DNA from: Trichinella spiralis
Taxonomy: Eukaryota
Reading direction: 5' to 3'
DNA length: 64,000 nt
NCBI RefSeq assembly: GCF_000181795.1
Contig: NW_003526943.1
Coordinates: 8,473,472 to 8,537,471 of the forward strand
Part shown: one piece after another, positions 56,101-64,000 of the stretch
How the letters are laid out: each line of letters starts with the position of its first letter
Numbering within the stretch: position 1 is the stretch's first letter
The notes under the pieces: generated by a model
What the model was told of the DNA's origin: nothing
Databases searched by the model: none
The model's input: only the letters and a program-made list of their open reading frames with translations
Position numbers and translations under genes: made by a program

Positions 56101-59100
56101 TGAACTTTTTGAATAGTTGTACACGTGTTGGATTGTGAATTGTGGCAGAAGGATGAGTTCGGAATAAAGTTGGAAATCTCGTGCGATCAGACAGTGCTGG
56201 TGAACTAGCTCCATAAGCTAACTAAATGCAAACTATGCGTAAGTAAACAAACAAATAAATGCTACATTTATTTATTGCATATATTTTTTAAAAAAGTATA
56301 AATTTATGAATGATGACTAAAATGAATTATTATTGGTTAACTTTTCGTTAATAAGCATTTTTTAAAATAGTTAATCCAGAGGAACAGTAAATTCATTTTT
56401 ATGTAAATGGTTATAGATGCTGTGTTGAAAAGGCTACATTTGGAATATCTTTTGATAAAAAGTTTGCAGCATCCTTAACCCTCCTGTTATCCTCATATTT
56501 TCTTACCTCCCGTTATCCTCCGGGTCAAATTGACCCATAAGTGATGCACAGTTTGTTTTGCGGTCATACTGCGACTAAGTATTTGTGAATTTTATTTTAA
56601 AAGGTGCTGATAAATATTCTAATACGCAGAGATTATTATTTTTTTAATATGACTGTTTATGGTGGATGTTTATTGACACACTTAAATTTCTTCTGCACAT
56701 AAGTTACAATATGATTGTGTATGATCTTTACAAATGTATTTTTGGCATTTTTTACAACGTACGCTTGTCTTGTTGTCACTTTGAACACATAATTGACATC
56801 GGGCTCTTTTTTTACCACCTGCATCCGTATCAGTGATACCGCTTGTAGATGGCTGCTCTGTATCTTTCCGCAACCTTTTAACTGCCGATTTTGCTGCTGC
56901 TGTTCTGGGAAGTGTTTTGCGCCTCATCATTTCTGGTTGCACTAAAGCCTTGCCAAGTTCTTCCAGGAATAATCGACGCTTATGCAGCCGTCCTACATTC
57001 CATGCTGGATGTTTTTCTGTCCATAGAACGTAGGCGTTATATGCCGATACGTCGATGATGTTGTAAAATATGACTAATGGCCATCGTGCAGTCATTCTTT
57101 GGCAGGAATATGTTGATGTCATTTTGTCTAAATTATCCACCCCACCTTTAGTATTATTATAATGTAAAATAATTTCAGGCTTGCTTCCCTTTCCGTCGCA
57201 AACCTGGTTGTCATTATGCATGGTACTTAGTACCAAAACATTCTTGTTCTTTTTTGGGAGGTATGATATGATGGTGCAATTTTCAGAAAAGGCAAATGTT
57301 GAAGAGTACAATTTTCTGCCTTGTAGTTCCAGCAATTCCCTTGGTAGTTCTGGCTTGTTTTTTTTTACAGTTCCAACCAATGTCAAATTCTTTTTTTTCA
57401 GTTCTACTCCCAGTGCATACGATGTAAAAAAGTTGTCACAAGTAACATTATGACCTTTTAGCCCCTTTACCATATCGAGAACTACTCGCATCCCTTGGTT
57501 CTTCTCGCGAGTTCCACTTGATGGCTTTCCAGTGTATATTTGCATATTCCAAGCGTAGCTTGACTTTGAGCAACAGGCTACCCAAAACTTAATGCCATAC
57601 TTTGCCGGTTTCTTTGGCATGTACTGTCTGAATTGACATCGGCCTTTGAAAGGATACAGTCGCTCATCAACTGTAACGTTTTCAGAAGGATTATACATCT
57701 TAGGTAGATTTTTAACCCATGTATCCCATATTACTCTTACTGCTGCCAACTTGTCTTTCGAGCGGCGTGAGGCCCTGGAACTGTGATCATCGAATCGTAT
57801 CATTCTAGATATCAGATGGAATTTTTTTAGGGACATGACTGCAGGAAAAATTGCTCTGCCATTTTCAGCGTTCCATAGACTTTTAGTGGATTCACCTCGG
57901 GACCTGTAGACTCCGGCTAATATAAGAAGGCCTATGTAGGCACGTAAATCAGTCACATCAAGTGGTTTCCAAGTTTCTGGGCAGCAGCTTCTTCCTTTCA
58001 GATTAGTCATTTCTAGAATGAGATTTTCAATGGATGTTGGAACGAAAAGCGCAAAAGATGAAGCGATGTCAGTGATCCTGTTGAGTGCATATCGTGTGGG
58101 TCCAGGGATCATTTTTATAACATTGCAGGCAGACAGTCTTCCCGTTATCTTCAGCGGTGTCGGTTGCCATTTGACCTTGCCATTTTTGGACACCCATGCT
58201 TCTTCTGTGGAAGCAGATGGTACTGATGTAATTTCTTCTTCAATGTCACTGGATCCCCCAGATGATGAGGACGAATATGTTTCATAATCTTGGTCTGAGT
58301 CTTCAACTACGGAATTATCTGTCTCTGAAGCCACATCGCTAATATCTGTGTCCTCCCCTTCAGATGAGGCCAGAGTTTCATCAATCACAGGTTGCCTGGA
58401 GCTCATTTTTAAAACTTATTAACAGCTAAACAGTACGCACTTTTTAGCTGAAGTCTAACTAGCAAGTAATGAATTGAAACTTACCAAAATGGCTTAGATT
58501 GAGGATGCTATTTTTCAAGCTGGTCACTAAGAGATTGTTTCACTGAATGACTTGTTTTTGAGAAAAGTGTAAAGCCTAAGCTATGCATGACCCTATCCCG
58601 GACAGCTGGGGGTATCAGTTAGTAAAACAACAACCATAAGAACAACTGTCCATAAAGTGTGCATAGGATAACACACCATACAGTGAACAACTGTTTATTA
58701 TACTCAGTATACTGACAGCAGGAGGGGAGCTGTTGTATAACTGACTCGCACAACAGCTCTTTCTGCACAGCTAACGTCAGCTCTATTTCTCATCTACTAC
58801 CAAAAAAGATCAAAACAACACATGCACATAGCGCTAGAACTAGACCAAATTGCATAATAAAATTCACCTACATGTTGTCACATAAACTATAGAACCCTGA
58901 GAGTGATAGATGTTGCATTGCCTTCAATATTGATAAAGCAGCAGTAGAAGATATATCATGGGGTCCATTTGACCCCGGGCTTTTCGGATGTATGTGGAGT
59001 GCATACAGCAGTTGCTGTAAATGACAGAGGCGCAGGAATTTCATTATATGTAGATAAGGTGAAATGAGGAAAAGTCAAAAAAATTCAGCATCAACAGACA

Positions 59101-60536
59101 ATAATTTTGGTACTAATTTTTATGTTGAAAATCAAAACGGGTCAATATGACCCGGAGGATAACAGGAGGGTTAAAATACTACGAACAAAGTATGATGTGA
59201 GTAAAATGCCAAAGATGCTTTTTTATTATGTGCATCTCATTTTTAGTTTGCTTTCACTTTTAAGCTAATTTACGCAATAATTTTTAAGTTATAATTGTTT
59301 AAATTACGCAGATAGCTTTTAAAGCAATTAATTTCGATAACATCTGGTTCCAATTAATTTTATTACCTGTTAAATCAGTGACGCAGCATGCTCTTATTAG
59401 CTTTTGTTTGCACTCTATGAACTTTATTTCTTTTTTTATTAACTAAATGTCCATTTTTAAGACTCGGTTTAGTCGACTTCAGAGTAAAGTAAGTATAAGT
59501 TCAGGCAAAACTTGAAAAGTTTCATATGCATACTTCATCTAAATAAATTAACACTAATGGAAGCAGGTGCGCATTAAATACTGTTTGCATGTTATATACT
59601 TTTAAAAATATATATTATTATTTTATCTGTTAAATTATCAGCAATTTGTTTACAGTTATAATTTAATGACTATAGTCAATTAAATTCAATTGCTATAATT
59701 TAAGATATTTATCTGAATACAAACAAAATGATGCAAATTGCAATTTAAAAATAAAATGCGAAAACATTAAAGGCAACAAATAAATGCCAACAGTGCGTTT
59801 TTGATTTTGCAACTTATTAAAACTGTCCATTAACTATGCATTTTGCATTAATATTTTTAATATTTAATGCAAAAATAATAAGTTGAAAGAAAACTTACAA
59901 CAATTAGATTCCATACAGGGGCTGCTTCTGCAATTACTGTCGAAACTAAACTGCAGCCTGATAACAGCATCAACTTTGTAGGATTGTTGTAAAGTAACTC
60001 GTATAAACGCCTTGCACCAAGACCAGGGTGGCACTAAATGCACTTGTTAACAATTTGCATTTCATTTATAAGATTTATTTACATTGATCTTTTTCTATTT
60101 TTTTAATTTGGCATATTTAAATAAAGTTGTTCACCGCCAAAATCTTCGTTATTTCATATTTATTCAATTAATAAGATATAAAAAATGAAATAAGGATTCT
60201 GTTTATGAATAATAAATGAAAACTTTTGTCATAATTTACAATTTGACAAATAATTACCTCGCTGTCATCCCAATACATAACAAGACGAAATTTCTTCAGC
60301 ACTCGATTTACATCTTGCAATGCCATAGAGGCAGCTGGTAAGCATCCTTCACCTCCAGGCCAGCCCCCTGTGCCAGCAGACATGGGAAAAACTGCACCAA
60401 TATGAACTGGAGGTCTTGTATCACTTGTATTGTCAGTATCTCCGACAATTTTCAAAGCAATCAGCCCAGATATAGACACATAGCAACAGGCAAGTAACAA
60501 CGGATGGCACTGCACAAGCGGACGAATGTTTGGCAT
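53197..60536 (-). CDS. gbb-1: Metabotropic GABA-B receptor subunit 1 (class C GPCR, no Sushi domains), multi-exon
   Basis: GABBR1-diagnostic motifs: [115 protein letters not shown], the 7TM segment [17 protein letters not shown], and a C-terminal coiled coil. Confidence 0.95.
56506..56536. repeat. piggyBac subterminal repeat: second TIR-like copy plus GGGTCA-N3-TGACCC palindrome
   Basis: CCTCCCGTTATCCTCCGGGTCAAATTGACCC is a near-perfect inverted copy of the opposite terminus (59139-59169). Confidence 0.85.
56682..58406 (-). CDS. piggyBac transposase (PGBD4-like), 574 aa, intact
   Basis: Acidic N-terminus. DDD triad in [16 protein letters not shown] and [20 protein letters not shown] motif. 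C-terminal Cys-rich domain CQLC..CKKC..IC..H..CNLC. No internal stops or frameshifts. Confidence 0.96.
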   Translation of the reverse strand: MSSRQPVIDETLASSEGEDTDISDVASETDNSVVEDSDQDYETYSSSSSGGSSDIEEEITSVPSASTEEAWVSKNGKVKWQPTPLKITGRLSACNVIKMIPGPTRYALNRITDIASSFALFVPTSIENLILEMTNLKGRSCCPETWKPLDVTDLRAYIGLLILAGVYRSRGESTKSLWNAENGRAIFPAVMSLKKFHLISRMIRFDDHSSRASRRSKDKLAAVRVIWDTWVKNLPKMYNPSENVTVDERLYPFKGRCQFRQYMPKKPAKYGIKFWVACCSKSSYAWNMQIYTGKPSSGTREKNQGMRVVLDMVKGLKGHNVTCDNFFTSYALGVELKKKNLTLVGTVKKNKPELPRELLELQGRKLYSSTFAFSENCTIISYLPKKNKNVLVLSTMHNDNQVCDGKGSKPEIILHYNNTKGGVDNLDKMTSTYSCQRMTARWPLVIFYNIIDVSAYNAYVLWTEKHPAWNVGRLHKRRLFLEELGKALVQPEMMRRKTLPRTAAAKSAVKRLRKDTEQPSTSGITDTDAGGKKRARCQLCVQSDNKTSVRCKKCQKYICKDHTQSYCNLCAEEI

Positions 60537-62177
60537 TTTTCAACCCTAGGTACAAATTTTTTGAAATGTAAATGAAATTTGTAACTTTTCAAAGATGAAA
60601 ATTTTTTCAAACATTACTTATTCAAATGTCAGAAGTTAAAAATAACGGATAAAAATGAAAAGCGTTTAATGCTGTGGAACTAATAAATGGCAATTCATTT
60701 TGCAATTGAAACAGACAGAAAAGTATGTGCATATGTAAAAACGCTTTCAACAATTAATTCAAGACTCATTGTTGATAAGACTAATATCTTGGCACGCTAA
60801 CGAACTCAACTTTGCTCTTTGTCACGTATAAGCATTGACGTGCCGCTAATTTCTAAGCTTTATCGTCAAAGCAGTTTTGACAGCTGTTCGTCGCAAATGT
60901 TTTCCGACTGAATTTACTAATTTCTGACGTATTCAGAAATAGCCCAATGTTTGATCAACTTCAACGATGAAAACAAGCCTGAATCATCATAACTTCAAAA
61001 GCAGAAGCAGTAACAATTTTAAAAAATACTTCGTAAGCAAATAATTCTTAAATAACTAAGTTCAACTTTAAATACTTTACTGCTTTCTTACTATTCAAAT
61101 TCAAATTCATATATGTATATATTACGAATACCATTCATTTCAGACTTTTTTACCTTTTTAATAAATTCTCTGTTCTAGAGAAAAGTGAATTACATCTCGA
61201 TATTCATTAAATTTACAAATTATCATTTTTACAGACATTTTATGCGACGTTTTAAAAATATGTATAATTGTACATCTTTATAATTGCTAAACTCACTGTA
61301 TGAGCAAAAACACGAATCACTATTTGTTGTATGTGAAACGTTTACTGTAAGTTTAAAGTTTAAAATATCATCCAACATTTCAGAAAATTTCTGAAGAAAA
61401 TAACGTTGCAGACAGTTCAACTTAATTTTAGATTATATTTTGACATAATTTATCTATTTTAAAAGAATGCTGTCAAAAACAGCCTTGCTAATTACTACAT
61501 GATATGCTCAAATTATATATACATATCTCTACATCCATATATAGAGTTTAGCTATTGTATTTGCAGCTACAAAAAATGAAAATTTACTCACATACTGCAG
61601 TACGCATAATACTTTTTGTTTGAAAAGTTTAATAACATTTTAAAAATCTATTTTTAGTTTTCATACTTCGAAATTTTTAATAAAATATTTTTATAATTGT
61701 CTCAAAACTGTAAAACTTTTGGAGCATTTCTTCTGAGGCAATATGAAATGCTTTCTGGTGTTGAAACGTTTGGCATTCAGCTTTGCTTACTTTTTAAATT
61801 ATGAAAGCAATTTGTTACTTTTCTTTAATTTTTCTATCCTTGAAAATTTTTTGCCACTCACTTTTTACTCTATGAGAACTTATTTACACTATGAGTGTAT
61901 TTATTTGAAGCAGCTGTTAAAATTTTTAATTTCCTGAAAACGTAAATTCTTCACTTCTAGCCCATGTTAAAGTATTTTAATAAATAACCAAACAAATATT
62001 CTTTTTTTTCAAAATAAATAAAAATATTATAACTTTATCAAAATAATGATAAGAGTTTTTGATGAATGCTTCAACTTTGTTGCTATTTTTGAATATGCAA
62101 ACCTACTTACAGCTTTCTTAGTTTTATTATTAATTGTGAAAAACTATTCAGATTATCAGAAAGCTAGTTGTAATTTG

Positions 62178-62246
62178 AAATAAATAAATAAATATAAATA
62201 AATAAATAAATATATATATATATATATATATTTATTTATTTATTTA
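62178..62246. repeat. (TAAA)n-(TA)n-(TTTA)n compound microsatellite
   Basis: Read directly from the sequence. Confidence 0.75.
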
Positions 62247-64000
62247 AGACAGCATTCAAATTCTCTATTTGCGAAATCTCAAACATAGCCAGAGTGGTGC
62301 TAATAAATCAAATCATAGCTTTCTTTTTTCATTGATCTAATTTGTGCAGTGCTTTGAAATGTTCATTTTTAGTCAATATATTTGTGCTTAAAAGCAGCAA
62401 CACATCAACAAATGCAAATAACAGATGCTGTTGTATAATTTATCAACTATACTTTTCACTTGATTATTCTTCCAATCTCAGTAACAGACTACTAATGATT
62501 ATGATGAATGTGTAACGGAAAAGGTATTTTAGGTGTTTTTTAAATTAAAAATTTCTTTAAAAAATTCAATTTCCACTATTTTCAAAATTGCAATTCAATT
62601 TTAAAGCATTTTGTCAACAAGTTCAAATGTTTAAATTTAAATAAATGAAATGTGAACAATTCATTAACTGTTGAAAATGATACGGCAATGAAATAAAACT
62701 GAATTTAATTATCATGGTTTATTGTATTAACAGTTTAATATGTTTATATTTCATTACATTTATAACAGTATTGAATATCATCGAAGTGATTCTGAATTTA
62801 CCAAATCAAATTGCAAACGATGCGTCATGACTATTAATTACTACATAACGTTAAATAATACCCTATTGAACTGAAATAAATTCGGCTATGCATTGTAGCA
62901 TTTATTTGTACTGCTTTCGGTTTGACAAATATTTTATAGTTAAAATTAAATTTTAATTCTTATTTAGAATTAATCTAACTTTTAATTCATTTTAGAGAGA
63001 TAAATGAGACAACCTATTATATGCATGTATATTTTATTTTTAATTATAATAAGAAAATAAATGAATGAATTCAATTCATCAGCGTATCTTCAGTGTAATT
63101 GAATAAACAAAATTCATGCCCAACATTAACAAGTGAAAAGTATCAGCTAAAAATTAGTAAGTTTGAATTTGAATTTTATTGCAAATGTATTTTGAAGAAA
63201 ATGAATTTTGGTTGCGAAAATATTTAATTTTCTATCAATACTTACCATAAGTATCATTTGAAAGCCGCTTGAAAAATTTCAATTATTTCGATTTTGCAAC
63301 TTTAATCCCTCATGCATAGTTTGCTGCATTTTTTTATTGTTCATAAAATATAATTTCAGCAAAACACACCAGAGATTTAAAATATATTTTAATTTTATTA
63401 TTCAATGATTTTCAACTTTTGCAATACACTTTGAAATTTTTTGTGCAATACCATTTTGCATATTTCTTTCACGTACGCGAGAAAAGAAATGTGAGAATGA
63501 AAAATCAATTCAAGGAAAAGTTCATTTTTCTTTGAAAGTAAAAATCTGTACAACTGTGACATTTATAATTCAATTTTTTCATAATGCCATGCAAATTACA
63601 ACTTCAAGTAAACAATCATATTTATTTAAGAAAATTTATTGAAAATTTAATAAATTTTTTAAAGTTGAAATTTTATAGTAAAAAATTTGTACTTTTCACG
63701 TATTCTCAGAGCAAAATACAGTAATTGAAATTTTAGGATAAAATATTTTAAAAAAAAAAGGAAAAAATAACTGGTAATAAAGTGAAATCACAGAGCTGTT
63801 GGTTCTGATTTGATTTGTTACGATTCTAATCAAACACATGCAACAAACATTAACAAATAATTAAAAGATTAATACAAAATGATGGGTGATCTTGTTTACC
63901 AGGTTATTATATTTATGCTGATGTAGTTGTTGTAGCAGTTCACTTTCTTCAGTAGGAAGTAATTTGTAGACAAAGGAAGAAGCAGTTGACTGGCATGAAT

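Larger units (their letters stand above)
56479..59170 (-). mobile_element. Full-length piggyBac DNA transposon (2692 bp) inside GABA-B1 intron 2 (56222-59898)
   Basis: TTAA at 56475-56478 and 59171-59174 forms the target-site duplication. Perfect 16-bp TIRs: CCCTCCTGTTATCCTC (56479-56494) and GAGGATAACAGGAGGG (59155-59170). The element contains a transposase ORF. Confidence 0.97.

Noticed and set aside
56833..58287. Plus-strand ORFs within the transposon (56833, 57181, 58018)
   Set aside because: Antisense shadows of the transposase ORF.
58400..58460. In-frame GABA-B1-transposase fusion (CSB-PGBD3-like exon trap)
   Set aside because: gbb-1 exons 1 and 2 end in phase 0, but the candidate acceptors are 8, 19 and 41 nt before the transposase ATG (not multiples of 3), and an in-frame TAA lies four codons upstream of the ATG.
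1..64000. tRNA, rRNA, snRNA or SL RNA genes
   Set aside because: None recognised by eye. Running tRNAscan-SE and Infernal/Rfam would be needed to exclude them.

Overview
Very AT-rich eukaryotic DNA with short spliceosomal introns and nematode gene content. The FLP neuropeptides, mls-1-like T-box gene and Cys-repeat protein suggest a clade I nematode such as Trichinella; this is an inference, not proven. Manual splicing of both strands gives, in order: LAMTOR2 (-), a Tbx1/mls-1-type T-box gene (+), PAN3 (-), EAF6/MEAF6 (+), an orphan 213-aa ORF (-), a probable small multi-pass membrane protein gene (-), a large secreted protein with a chitin-binding-like domain, about 17 six-Cys repeats and EB-like modules (-), an flp-14 (AF2) precursor (-), a second neuropeptide precursor predicted to release KYEFLRIamide (+), and a GABA-B receptor subunit 1 gene (-). 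Intron 2 of the GABA-B gene holds a complete, apparently intact 2.7-kb piggyBac transposon. The most interesting items are the flp-8/flp-14-like RIamide gene, whose peptide exon is invisible in the ORF track and which lies head-to-head with flp-14 with the same exon layout, and the intact piggyBac. Family assignments come from recalled motifs; no database search was run.
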